In this document: piece by piece, positions 30,018 through 39,637 of the stretch | How the letters are laid out: the number at the start of each line of letters is the position of its first letter | How positions within the stretch are numbered: position 1 is the stretch's first letter | Source of the DNA: a virus | Taxonomy: Duplodnaviria; Caudoviricetes | Strand: one strand, 5' to 3' | IMG/VR virus record: IMGVR_UViG_3300020042_013351 | Span: 1 to 64,000 of that record | DNA: 64,000 nucleotides | Program-made: the position numbers and the translations under genes | The notes under the pieces: generated by a model | Database searches by the model: none | What the model saw: only the letters and a program-made list of their open reading frames with translations | Told to the model about the DNA's origin: nothing

Positions 30018-30908
30018 ATGAGTATTCTTAAACGTCCAGGATGGAACAATGTTATCAATGAAATGGCTGATGCCAAAGCATTTGGCTTGACTGCCAAGCA
30101 AAAGAAAGTGGAACAAGGCACAGCATACAGAGTAGTTCGCATGCTGTTGGCTGATTTTCTCAAGACCAATGGATTGATTCCCAAAGAAGTACGCACTGTT
30201 ACTGCTGCTGAAGTCAACAACATCATTGCAGAATTGGGTGATGATGCAGTGACACAAGATGTATTGGGTGCATGGGAACAATATGCTGATCAACAACTGG
30301 GCAGCAATGCAACTGCAGAAGTACAGCAGGAGGTTGATGCAGTAGCACAAGAGATTGAAGATGCTGCACAAGGACAACTGGCAACAGGTGCACGTGAAGC
30401 TGGAGGACACACCAGCAGATTCATTCAAGACATGCAAGACAAGATTAAAAGTGTAGAAGAGTTTCTTGCTGTTACACAATTTCCTAAAGGTTTCAGACAC
30501 ATGGAACCCAGCGGCATGGGCATGGATACTGACCACCAATATGTCAACCAAACAGGTGGTGGCAAAGCAATTCGTGTGCTCTCCAAGGCTCCATTGCGCT
30601 CCAAAGCTGATTTGAGATCATCTCAAGTTGTATTTCAAGATGGTTCTGAAGAATACAACATCTCATTTGATCAGAATGGCAAATCCAAGTCACAATCTGT
30701 ACTGTATACAGGTGAAAATGAAGAAAGCGGCAAAGAATGTGGTTGTCCAGCAGATGAAGATTGTGAACACATGCAAACTCGCTACTCATCAGATGTTTAT
30801 GTGCCTGAAAGTCGCAAGTTGTCTCTTAAAAAGCAGACTGTATTAGCTGAACAAGCCAGAGTACAACGCTATCAGCATTTGCTGCGCATGGAGCAACGTT
30901 ACATGTAA
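30018..30908 (+). CDS. Hypothetical late protein, candidate internal head protein
   Basis: TAAATA at 30007..30012, 5 nt before ATG; acidic; VINE motif near N-terminus. Confidence 0.6.
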   Translation: MSILKRPGWNNVINEMADAKAFGLTAKQKKVEQGTAYRVVRMLLADFLKTNGLIPKEVRTVTAAEVNNIIAELGDDAVTQDVLGAWEQYADQQLGSNATAEVQQEVDAVAQEIEDAAQGQLATGAREAGGHTSRFIQDMQDKIKSVEEFLAVTQFPKGFRHMEPSGMGMDTDHQYVNQTGGGKAIRVLSKAPLRSKADLRSSQVVFQDGSEEYNISFDQNGKSKSQSVLYTGENEESGKECGCPADEDCEHMQTRYSSDVYVPESRKLSLKKQTVLAEQARVQRYQHLLRMEQRYM

Positions 30909-31014
30909 TGCATCACATCATGCTACTCTATTGATAATAGTCAAACTTTGATCAAAATCACAGAGCAACAATGAATGAAATGAATAAAGAACAAGATCTT
31001 TTGAATTTGTATAA

Positions 31015-31188
31015 ATGACACTCACATTAAGTCAGAAATATAGATATGTACGAGAAATTGAGCATAATGCCCAGAGTTTGCATAGTTTACTTGTAAGCAT
31101 TAAATCTGGTTCTGTAACATATTCAATGCGTCATACATTGTTTCTACTGCAAGAAATTCAGCAATATATGAAGTATTTTTTCAAATGA
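31015..31188 (+). CDS. Small hypothetical protein, tandem paralog 1 (57 aa, not in ORF track)
   Basis: MTLTLSQKYRYVREIEHNAQSLH...YSMRHTL...IQQYMKYFFK; aligns with the next ORF. Confidence 0.65.
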   Translation: MTLTLSQKYRYVREIEHNAQSLHSLLVSIKSGSVTYSMRHTLFLLQEIQQYMKYFFK

Positions 31189-31370
31189 GACTTTCTGTAT
31201 TTCAAAAAAGTAGATATGCATATGAACTTGACCATCATGCCACGCGCATGCACGTTGAACTTTCATACAGCAACAGCAAGGACAGTGATGGTACGCTGCC
31301 TTATCAGATGAGGTTTTTGCTATCTGAGTTGAGTTACATTCAACGATTCATAGGCTATTTCATCAAATGA
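31185..31370 (+). CDS. Small hypothetical protein, tandem paralog 2
   Basis: 10 of the first 23 residues identical to paralog 1; ATGA overlap. Confidence 0.65.
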   Translation: MRLSVFQKSRYAYELDHHATRMHVELSYSNSKDSDGTLPYQMRFLLSELSYIQRFIGYFIK

Positions 31371-31437
31371 AAATTACACCCAGACAAAGAGAAATAAGAG
31401 CAAAAAATCTTGCATGGAGTGTAAAAAGATTGTCCTA

Positions 31438-32190
31438 TCACTGGACGTCGGTGATGTCCTTGCATTGGTGCTGCTGATACAATGCATCAATTTGCTTCTG
31501 CTGTTTATATTTGATGGGATCTTTGTAGCCTGCTTTGAGGAAACCCTGAATGCGCAAACTGCTGCTGGGAGTTGTTGCGTCTGCAAGCTCTTCGCCTGAG
31601 TAACAAGTGTATGTCTTAGCAAATGGTACATGCAGTGATACTCCCATTCTCACAATGTCTGCCTTGTCGCAATTGATCAATGGAGCCACAACACTGATTG
31701 CATTTTCTCTGTTGAGAGAACAAAGGCCATTGAGTGATGGCAAGAATTCTTTTGAAGCATCCCAATAACCAGCCAGTGAATCAACTGCAGTTGCACCATG
31801 CCACACTTGCTCTGCACCTACAGCTTCAGCATGCGACAATGCAATGCTCAAAAACATCAAATTGCGAAATGGTACATAACTCTTGGGCTGAGCTTCTCCT
31901 GCAATTTTTCTGATGTCAGGAGTTTCAATGTCATCATTGGTGAGAGATGAAGTTGGTGCAAGGTGGCGAATGAATGATGCATCTACATTTTTCAAAAACA
32001 CTGGCTTGTTGCTTTTGTATTTTGCATCTGCATACAACCACCCTGCACACTGCAACTCTCTGCTGTGCCTCTGTCCATAATCAAAAGTGATGCAATGCAC
32101 TTCATCTATTTCTGCGTCGTTGACTGCTTTATACAGCAACACTGCGCTATCAACGCCACCAGACAGAGGAACAACAATTTTCATATTCAA
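31438..32190 (-). CDS. queC: 7-cyano-7-deazaguanine synthase-like (QueC), atypical
   Basis: LSGGVDS, FDYGQRHSREL, YVPFRNLMFLS, TYTCY; Zn cluster degenerate. Confidence 0.85.
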   Translation of the reverse strand: MNMKIVVPLSGGVDSAVLLYKAVNDAEIDEVHCITFDYGQRHSRELQCAGWLYADAKYKSNKPVFLKNVDASFIRHLAPTSSLTNDDIETPDIRKIAGEAQPKSYVPFRNLMFLSIALSHAEAVGAEQVWHGATAVDSLAGYWDASKEFLPSLNGLCSLNRENAISVVAPLINCDKADIVRMGVSLHVPFAKTYTCYSGEELADATTPSSSLRIQGFLKAGYKDPIKYKQQKQIDALYQQHQCKDITDVQ

Positions 32191-32438
32191 ATACTACACT
32201 CATCCAACAATTGTTCCAGCTTATTTTTGCTCTGAATGCCAGAAACTCTGGTGACCTCTTTGTTGTCTTTGAAGAATATGATGGTAGGCACTGCAGTAAC
32301 CTTGAAAGGTATTTCATTGTTGGCATCCAAAAACTCATTTTCAATTTCTGGATGTTCACTGAAAAATTTCTCAATGATTGGCTTGAACATTTTGCATGGA
32401 CCACATGTACTTGTACTTACATAGTAAATTTTAATCAT
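32187..32438 (-). CDS. Thioredoxin
   Basis: CGPC active site, VPTIIFFKD; start set at MIKIYY. Confidence 0.85.
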   Translation of the reverse strand: MIKIYYVSTSTCGPCKMFKPIIEKFFSEHPEIENEFLDANNEIPFKVTAVPTIIFFKDNKEVTRVSGIQSKNKLEQLLDECSI

Positions 32439-33540
32439 TGTGTTCAATCTCCACTCCTTCTTCTGGAACATCTTCTTCAACTTTGTTGCCATAAGCCCAT
32501 TCAATTTTCATTTTTTCTTCCAACTTGGGCAAAATGGTCTCTTCCCACAATTTGGTATCTTTGCGCCAATTTTTAGCATACCCCAATTTGGTACCATCAG
32601 CCAATGCATATGTTGCGCCATTTTGAATGATGATGCCCATGCCAACTGCCATGTCCAGCAATCCATAGTAACGATCCAATCCAGTTGAGAAACTCAAATA
32701 CATTTCACATTCCAAATATTGTTTGATGAATCTGTTTTTTCTGGTGAGTGCTCTGATGATGATGCCACCATAATTGCGCTGACCAACTGCCAACTCATTG
32801 TTGTCAACTGTCTTGCCTCCATCATCTTTCAAAGGCTTGCGAGCCAACTGAACTGTGACAGATGGCAAATACACAACAGACTTGCCACCAGGCATATTTT
32901 TTTCAATGCTGGGATACATGGCTGTAGGATCATCATACACATGATTGGTGATGACAAATGTTGTACGTGTAACAGCACCCAAATTAGTGCATGTCTGCAG
33001 CAGTGATTTGATGGCACGGGCTTTGGTTCCCATGTCACTGCTGGTACTCTCTTTGTCCATGCGAGCCAGCTCCAGTTCAGATTGCAAATTGCCCAATGAG
33101 TCAATGGCTACAATGAACTTGCCTTCCAAGCCTTTTTCTTTGATGCTGGTCAAAAACTTGTACACAGCATTGCGAGTCTGTTCAATGCTGATGCATGGCA
33201 CATATTTTACTTTGCTGATGTCCAATCCCAATCTTGTAGCACCAGTTGGATCAATGGCTGACTCTGTGTCAAAAATGACAGGATACAATCCCATTTTTTG
33301 AGCATTGGCCAAAATCTTCTGCACAAACAAACTTTTGCCAGTCATAGACTCTCCTGCAATCATGGTCACTCGCCCTTTGGGAATACCACCATTGCGTGAA
33401 CCTGATATGATGCTGTTGAGTACATATGATCCAGTATCAATCCACTCGCTTACAGTACTCAATGTATTGTTGCTGAGATAAGTTGCATAAGGATTAACTT
33501 CGTTGATGCTGTCAAGTGCAGCTGTAATGTCTTTGTCCAT
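32431..33540 (-). CDS. uvsX: RecA-like recombinase UvsX
   Basis: IDTGSYVLN, AGESMTGKS, IDSLGNL, TNHVY, GGKSVVY. Confidence 0.92.
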   Translation of the reverse strand: MDKDITAALDSINEVNPYATYLSNNTLSTVSEWIDTGSYVLNSIISGSRNGGIPKGRVTMIAGESMTGKSLFVQKILANAQKMGLYPVIFDTESAIDPTGATRLGLDISKVKYVPCISIEQTRNAVYKFLTSIKEKGLEGKFIVAIDSLGNLQSELELARMDKESTSSDMGTKARAIKSLLQTCTNLGAVTRTTFVITNHVYDDPTAMYPSIEKNMPGGKSVVYLPSVTVQLARKPLKDDGGKTVDNNELAVGQRNYGGIIIRALTRKNRFIKQYLECEMYLSFSTGLDRYYGLLDMAVGMGIIIQNGATYALADGTKLGYAKNWRKDTKLWEETILPKLEEKMKIEWAYGNKVEEDVPEEGVEIEHND

Positions 33541-33580
33541 GTAACTATTTACAGCAAATTTGTTAAAAATCTACATAAAA

Positions 33581-33604
33581 AAAGATCACATTTATGTGAT
33601 CTTT
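33581..33604 (-). terminator. Intrinsic terminator
   Basis: AAAGATCACAT-tt-ATGTGATCTTT inverted repeat with T-run on the minus strand, downstream of 33627..33977. Confidence 0.65.
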
Positions 33605-33626
33605 CTTCTTGAATCTCAATGATTTA

Positions 33627-33977
33627 CTACTCATCAAAAAGTTTAATAACTTCTGGTGTGCCAGGAGTAATAATTGGACTTGGATTGAAGATTCTGGTGT
33701 ATTGGCTGATGAGCTTTTCATCCAATTCAATGCTGGTTGCAAAGGCATTGCTGGCCTTGGCAAAGCTCCAAACTGTGCCTTGCTTCTTGCTCTCTGCAGA
33801 CAACAATTCATTGAAAATCATAGGAAACAATTGCACATTGAGTTGTCCGTTTTGTGTAGGTTGAATAAACAGTGTTGCAGGATTTATGAGCTGAAAGTCA
33901 TTAACTGTTTCACCTGCCAGTTCTCCCAAGATGATGCTTCCTGATGCGTCTTTAATTGCTGTAATAGTTGGTTTCAT
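33627..33977 (-). CDS. Hypothetical protein
   Basis: 116 aa between polymerase and uvsX, with its own -10-like TATAAC. Confidence 0.6.
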   Translation of the reverse strand: MKPTITAIKDASGSIILGELAGETVNDFQLINPATLFIQPTQNGQLNVQLFPMIFNELLSAESKKQGTVWSFAKASNAFATSIELDEKLISQYTRIFNPSPIITPGTPEVIKLFDE

Positions 33978-34007
33978 ATGTATAAGTTATACTATGTTTT
34001 ATAAAGT

Positions 34008-36557
34008 TCAAGCAAATAAATCCAACAAATCACTTTTTACTTGTTCATTGGGTTTATGCGCTGACCACTTGACAGCTGCATAAAATCTCTCTACAACACT
34101 CAACACAATTTTTTCAAACATTTTCTCATAGTCAGGTTCAAATGCTTCAACAAACTCTTGAGGGTAATAATATTTGAATGCAATGCTTTGCATGTTGTAT
34201 TTGTTGGGATGCTTGATGTACATCCATCTTACTTTGTCTCCACTCTGCAACACTTCATATTTGTTTTCAATGTTGAGCTTTTTGATGAGTGTATTGTAAC
34301 CATGCGCCGATTTGACATGCACTGGTGTACCTTTGGGCATGCTCATGTCTCTGCTCTTGCTGGCAAATTTATCATAATCACTCATGCCACTGGTGTATGC
34401 CAACTCCTCTGGCTTGAGACTTTTGAATACATCATAAGCTTCATTGACAACATCATTGGTTGTTTTGCGGTTTTGAGACACCATCATGGTCTCAATGATC
34501 TTCTTGACATATGGTTTGATGGCCTTGGGCATTGTTGTTCTCACAACATCAACGCCTACATATTTCCATTTGTCACACTCAATGCCTTCATCATCCACCA
34601 CATGCGCAACATATCGCTTTTTTTCCAAGAACAATCCCTTGTCAATGATGGCTTCACGTTTGAATTCAATGCGGGGATCATGACTGTTGAGTGCATCTTT
34701 CATCCATGCTTTGATTTTATCATTCAAGTAGTCATTGAACTGCTCAATGATTGCATGAGCACCAGCTGTTACTTTGCCATGCTCCATGAGATTGATGTTG
34801 CGTGCTCTTAATAATGGAGCAACAGAGAAATATGCTGAGTCTGTATCACCTGCTACAGCAATGTCTTCAAAATCATTGTGACCAATGATGCTTTGAGCAA
34901 AGTCTCTACCATAAGTTCGTGCTGCTTTGATGACTGACTGGCCAGTCAATGTAATACTAGCAGCAATGTCATCATCACCAATGGGAGCATTTTTATTGCC
35001 CATGTATCCATATACACTGTTGATGAAAATCTTGATGCACAATTGCTTGGCATTGAGCTGCACAATTTTATCTTTGGTGTCACCATCAGACTTGCCTCCT
35101 TTCTTAAGCAGCTGCATCTCTTTGCGAATCTTGACACGCTCTTGATAATAATGGTCAACAATCTCTGGCAAAATACCTTTGTGCTTTTGCGTAAACAGTA
35201 CTTTGGCTTTAGAGATTGCTATTTGCTCATCTTTGACAAACTGACCAAACTTGGCATGACTCAGCTTGAATGTTGATCCACTGCAATGCTGCACAGTAAC
35301 ATTGTCATCATCTTTGTCAATGATTTTACCAATTTTAGTCTCTGGTGACATGTTGAGACTGATCATGATGTTGGGATACAGAGAGTTGGCATCAAATGAT
35401 ACAACATCCTTTTGAAACCCTTCCAATGGCTCTGCAACAAATGCACCTGGGTTCTTCTCATCACTGCCTTGGCGGATGAATGTTGGCAGAAACTGCTGAC
35501 GCAATCGAGCTTTGATGGCTGCAGTTCCAGTGATGGTGGACAATGTACTCATGGCATTTTCCATGGTGGTCAATCCCATGTATGACAGCATGCGCAGCAG
35601 TTCAACAAATTGCAATTTTGCATCCATTTTGACCAGCAGATTAACATCTTGAATATTGTAATCCACAAACAGCTGCCAATTTTCTTTGGATAAGCTGGCA
35701 AGGTTGGTATTGCCGTAATCAATTTTCTTCTCACCCAGTTCCAATTCTGCAATGAAATTGAGTTTGTAACTCTCACGATTGACAAAGCTGAATCGTTTGT
35801 AAATGTCAATGTAATCTACACAAGAAATGCCATCAATGTACCATCTGATTTCTTCTTTGCCAAACATACCACTGCGCAATGTTCTGCAATGCACTCTTTG
35901 AACAGGTGACAGTTGCTTGATGTATTCTTCACCCAGCGTGTTGGTGATGCGATTGATGATGTATGGAATATCAAAGCCTGATGAATTCCATCCAGTCAAT
36001 AAATCTGGAGCATTGCTTTCAAAATAGGCAATGAATTCCATCAGCAAATGCTTTTCACTTCTGCAATACTTGTATACAACATCAGCATTGCTGTTTTTAT
36101 AAGGTGCAGTGCCCCATGAATAAAACTTTTGATCAATGCTGTCATGAACAGTAATGACATTGATGGGATGCTGCGCTAATTCAGCTTTGGGAAACACATC
36201 TGGACTGTATACCTCAATGTCCAAAAACATGGTGCGGATAGGATGATGTTGAAACTCTTCTGTTTCATTGTATTTGCCATATGCATCAACTAAAAACTGC
36301 TGCACTGGTGCAAGATTCTCAAATACTCGACGAGTACCACACTCTTTGAGGAACTTGTAACGCTCATACTGCGTCTTGAAAGTCTTTTTGCGCAACTTGG
36401 TATTGAAGATGCTGACGTCACTGCCAGTACGATCTTCCAACATGATGTATGGATTGTATGAACTAGTGAAGCTGACTCTGTTGCCTTGTTTATCCCAGGA
36501 GAAAATCTTGATGCATTCTTCTTGCGGTATGTATACTGCGTTTCTATAGCCAATCAT
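34008..36557 (-). CDS. Family B DNA polymerase, T4 gp43-like
   Basis: LDIEV, GWNSSGFDIPYI, YNIQDV exonuclease motifs; SFDANSLYP, KIFINSVYG, AGDTDS polymerase motifs. Confidence 0.95.
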   Translation of the reverse strand: MIGYRNAVYIPQEECIKIFSWDKQGNRVSFTSSYNPYIMLEDRTGSDVSIFNTKLRKKTFKTQYERYKFLKECGTRRVFENLAPVQQFLVDAYGKYNETEEFQHHPIRTMFLDIEVYSPDVFPKAELAQHPINVITVHDSIDQKFYSWGTAPYKNSNADVVYKYCRSEKHLLMEFIAYFESNAPDLLTGWNSSGFDIPYIINRITNTLGEEYIKQLSPVQRVHCRTLRSGMFGKEEIRWYIDGISCVDYIDIYKRFSFVNRESYKLNFIAELELGEKKIDYGNTNLASLSKENWQLFVDYNIQDVNLLVKMDAKLQFVELLRMLSYMGLTTMENAMSTLSTITGTAAIKARLRQQFLPTFIRQGSDEKNPGAFVAEPLEGFQKDVVSFDANSLYPNIMISLNMSPETKIGKIIDKDDDNVTVQHCSGSTFKLSHAKFGQFVKDEQIAISKAKVLFTQKHKGILPEIVDHYYQERVKIRKEMQLLKKGGKSDGDTKDKIVQLNAKQLCIKIFINSVYGYMGNKNAPIGDDDIAASITLTGQSVIKAARTYGRDFAQSIIGHNDFEDIAVAGDTDSAYFSVAPLLRARNINLMEHGKVTAGAHAIIEQFNDYLNDKIKAWMKDALNSHDPRIEFKREAIIDKGLFLEKKRYVAHVVDDEGIECDKWKYVGVDVVRTTMPKAIKPYVKKIIETMMVSQNRKTTNDVVNEAYDVFKSLKPEELAYTSGMSDYDKFASKSRDMSMPKGTPVHVKSAHGYNTLIKKLNIENKYEVLQSGDKVRWMYIKHPNKYNMQSIAFKYYYPQEFVEAFEPDYEKMFEKIVLSVVERFYAAVKWSAHKPNEQVKSDLLDLFA

Positions 36558-36599
36558 GCATATACAATAGCTTGTTCTTGCATGTTTTCAACATCAATT

Positions 36600-37814
36600 T
36601 TAGATACTGTTGTTGTATCTGTTGAGATTGGTGCGCATGTTGCTGCCATATGGAGTAGCAAACAGTTCTGAATAACATTCAATGTTGTTGTTGCGTTCCA
36701 AGAATCTACTCTCCGCAATTTTGCGATATTTGTATTGTTTTTCACTGTATGCATTGGTGCGGCGCAATGTATCTTCAATGCAGTGCAACATCTCCTCTCC
36801 TGAGTTGAATTTAATGGGAGCATCTTTGTAAGTACACAAATCTTGGCATGCAACTGGCAAACCATATGCGCATGCTTCAATGTATTTGATGTCGCTTTTG
36901 CATTTGTTGAAGTTGTTGTCTTGCAATGGTGCAACCATCATTTGAACCCCCAACTCTGACAGCTTTTTAGGATAATCGTACAGTGTCTGCCAGTTGTGAA
37001 ACTCCATGTCACCTTTTTGAATGTATGGAATCAACTGCATAGGAGCTGCACCCATGAACACCCACTGATATTTGTGCCTGGAATCAATGATGGCTTTGAT
37101 CACATGCTCAAAATCATCTTTGAACCCTGTCTTATTTTCAACATCAAAATGTGCACCAGATCCAGCATACAATACACGAGGTTTCTTTTTGTTTTTTTGC
37201 AGCAACTGTGTATTGCGTTGTGGATTGAAAAATTGACCGCACCACCACTCTGGCGGAAAGTTGGGAATGACTGTAACTTCTTTTTTGCCCAATTTGCCGC
37301 GGAAATAATCACGCATGAAGTCATTGGTAACAGTCACTTCATCACACAGGTTCATAATCTCTGTGACCACTCTGCGAGTTTCATCATTGTCAAATGCAAA
37401 TTTGAATTTGTTGTAATCTGGAATATCTTCTTTGAAGACTACATCATCAATTTCGTAGATGAGTCTGAAGTTGAATTGTTTTTGCAGATGTTTGAGATAA
37501 TGAACAAATTCCAACTGTTGCACAGTTGCTTGTCTCTGCACTCGCACAGCTTGCAGTCCACTGTACATGCCATCTTGAGTAGTCATGATGGTGCTGGTGT
37601 GAACCAAAGCCTTGCCTTGTGCATTCAAGTAGTGTTCTGGCCAAATCATGCGCCAGAAGCCACATCCAGACAAGTCAGCTGCATATTGCAAAATTCTTGG
37701 CAGTGATGCTTCTGGTGGCTCTTGTACAACAGGTGCAGTTGGCTGAATTAAAAACTTGGGTGTCTGAAATGGAGTTTTGCTAAACGGTGTTGCTGCAAAA
37801 GGCTGTGGAAACAT
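36600..37814 (-). CDS. GT-B fold glycosyltransferase
   Basis: SGCGFWRM, YEIDD, VIPNF, NKCKSDIKYIE, PVAC; start set at MFPQPF. Confidence 0.75.
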   Translation of the reverse strand: MFPQPFAATPFSKTPFQTPKFLIQPTAPVVQEPPEASLPRILQYAADLSGCGFWRMIWPEHYLNAQGKALVHTSTIMTTQDGMYSGLQAVRVQRQATVQQLEFVHYLKHLQKQFNFRLIYEIDDVVFKEDIPDYNKFKFAFDNDETRRVVTEIMNLCDEVTVTNDFMRDYFRGKLGKKEVTVIPNFPPEWWCGQFFNPQRNTQLLQKNKKKPRVLYAGSGAHFDVENKTGFKDDFEHVIKAIIDSRHKYQWVFMGAAPMQLIPYIQKGDMEFHNWQTLYDYPKKLSELGVQMMVAPLQDNNFNKCKSDIKYIEACAYGLPVACQDLCTYKDAPIKFNSGEEMLHCIEDTLRRTNAYSEKQYKYRKIAESRFLERNNNIECYSELFATPYGSNMRTNLNRYNNSI

Positions 37815-37834
37815 ACATGCATTTATTGAATACA

Positions 37835-39637
37835 TTATATTTGGCAACTGACTCTGCGCGTAATGCCATTGTGTTTTTCCAAATAAATGATCTCGCCCGT
37901 TGCAGCTTTGATACTCTCTTTGCGATGTGAGATCACCAGTGCACATTCATTGTTCTTCTCCACACGCTCTTTGATGATGTCAATGACCATGTCTACGCCG
38001 CGTGTATCCAAGCTGCTGTCAAACAACTCATCATAAATGGTCAAGTTGTATACTACATCACCTTGCATGCGGCGAATGTCAATGAACGAAAACAAACATG
38101 CAAGGTCAATGCTTTTGCGTTCTGCACCAGAGAAGTTGAAGTAAGAACAAATTTTACCTTTGTCATTGACAATTTCCTCTTCAAAGTATTCATTGAATTT
38201 GCATACACAGTTGGCATCCATCTTGTCAAGATAAGCTGCAAGTTTACTGTTGAGCAATTGCAGGATTTTTTTGACAATGAAAGATTTAACACCTTCTTCA
38301 CATGCAATGTACTTGACAACATCCAGCATGTTGATGAGACTGCGTTGTTTGTTGATGCTTTGCTCAACATTGTCAATGCGCATTTTCATATCTTGAATCA
38401 AGTCATCAAATTCAGTATCATCATTGCTGAGTTGCTCAATGTCATTGGTCAATTGTGTGCACCAAGTCTGCAGTTGATTGACGCGGTCTTGCAATCCTTC
38501 TTTTTCTTTGGCAGCAACATTGTACTTGTTGATCTTGTCTTTGTAAGCATCCACCATTTTTTTAATTTCCTTGTGACGATGCTTTTGTTGTTCAAGTTTT
38601 TGTTGAGCTTGAGCAATGTTGGTTTTGCACTCATCAATTTGCTGCTGCAAATTTTGTTTTTCTTGTGCAATGTGTTGTACATCATGCTGTGTAATGGGAC
38701 GCAAGCACTTGTTACACATTGTGCCATTGACATCAATGTCTCTGAGACGCAATGTCAGGTTGTTGCAGCTCATTTGTGTAACAGCTACATGTTGCAAATG
38801 CTGATCAACACTGTTTTGGCACTTTTCAGCGCCATCATTGAGCTGTTCAATGGCACTCTTGAGTTTCTCAACATCAATGTCAATGATGTCATTCATGCTT
38901 TGCATCAACCTTTGCATTTCTGTCTGGTTGTCTGTCTGGCGCTGTTTGTAAACCTGTTGTTTGTCTTTGCGTGTCTTGAGAACATTGGTTTTTTGTTGTC
39001 CATAGTTGGCAGCATTGCTCTTATAACCTTCATATGCTGCCAACTCTATGTCATAAGTCTTTTTATTTTCATTGTACTCTTCTCTGACATGACCCAGCAT
39101 CTTAGTAAACACTTCCAAGTTGAAAATGCCTTCAATGAACTTGCGCTTTTCAACTTTGTTTTGCGCCATGAAAGGTACAGTATCATTGAGTGTCATGATG
39201 ACACAATTTTTAAAGATGCTGGGCGTTGCATTGATGAGGTTGCATATTTCAATGGTGGTATTTGCAATGCTGTCACGGGTTATGTCTACACCATCCTCCA
39301 GCAAAATGCATTTGCTGGGATTCAAACATCTGGTGATGATGTATTCTTTGGTGCCCTGTTCAGATGCAATGGAAAATTCCAACTCAACTGCACATGTTGC
39401 ATTGGTAATGTTGTTGATGATGAGATCTTTTTTGAGTTCTCTCAAGCTGGTACCAAAGATTGAAAAATAGATTGCATCAGCAATGGTGGATTTACCAATG
39501 GCATTTTGTCTGTCTGGCTTGTCTTTGTTGTTACCAGTGATGATGTGCAGTCCTTTTTTAAACTCAACTTCCACTGTCTCATGACCAATGGACAAAAAGT
39601 TTTGAATTGCAACGCGGCGAAAATTGACATATTTCAT
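37835..39637 (-). CDS. Recombination exonuclease ATPase, T4 gp46/SbcC-like
   Basis: IQNFLSIG, NAIGKST, CxxC hook (CNKC), FSGAERK, IYDELFDSSLD, VISH. Confidence 0.92.
   Translation of the reverse strand: MKYVNFRRVAIQNFLSIGHETVEVEFKKGLHIITGNNKDKPDRQNAIGKSTIADAIYFSIFGTSLRELKKDLIINNITNATCAVELEFSIASEQGTKEYIITRCLNPSKCILLEDGVDITRDSIANTTIEICNLINATPSIFKNCVIMTLNDTVPFMAQNKVEKRKFIEGIFNLEVFTKMLGHVREEYNENKKTYDIELAAYEGYKSNAANYGQQKTNVLKTRKDKQQVYKQRQTDNQTEMQRLMQSMNDIIDIDVEKLKSAIEQLNDGAEKCQNSVDQHLQHVAVTQMSCNNLTLRLRDIDVNGTMCNKCLRPITQHDVQHIAQEKQNLQQQIDECKTNIAQAQQKLEQQKHRHKEIKKMVDAYKDKINKYNVAAKEKEGLQDRVNQLQTWCTQLTNDIEQLSNDDTEFDDLIQDMKMRIDNVEQSINKQRSLINMLDVVKYIACEEGVKSFIVKKILQLLNSKLAAYLDKMDANCVCKFNEYFEEEIVNDKGKICSYFNFSGAERKSIDLACLFSFIDIRRMQGDVVYNLTIYDELFDSSLDTRGVDMVIDIIKERVEKNNECALVISHRKESIKAATGEIIYLEKHNGITRRVSCQI

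Noticed and set aside
34008-36557. Polymerase motif C reading AGDTDS as an adaptation to modified bases; introns or inteins in core genes
   Set aside because: T4 gp43 also has AGDTDS as I recall it. Polymerase, helicase and UvsX have normal lengths with no splicing motifs.
38063-39463. 466-aa + strand ORF antisense to gp46
   Set aside because: It is the in-register antisense shadow of a well-supported gene. Avoidance of TTA/CTA/TCA codons removes antisense stops, the product is hydrophobic junk, and there is no promoter.
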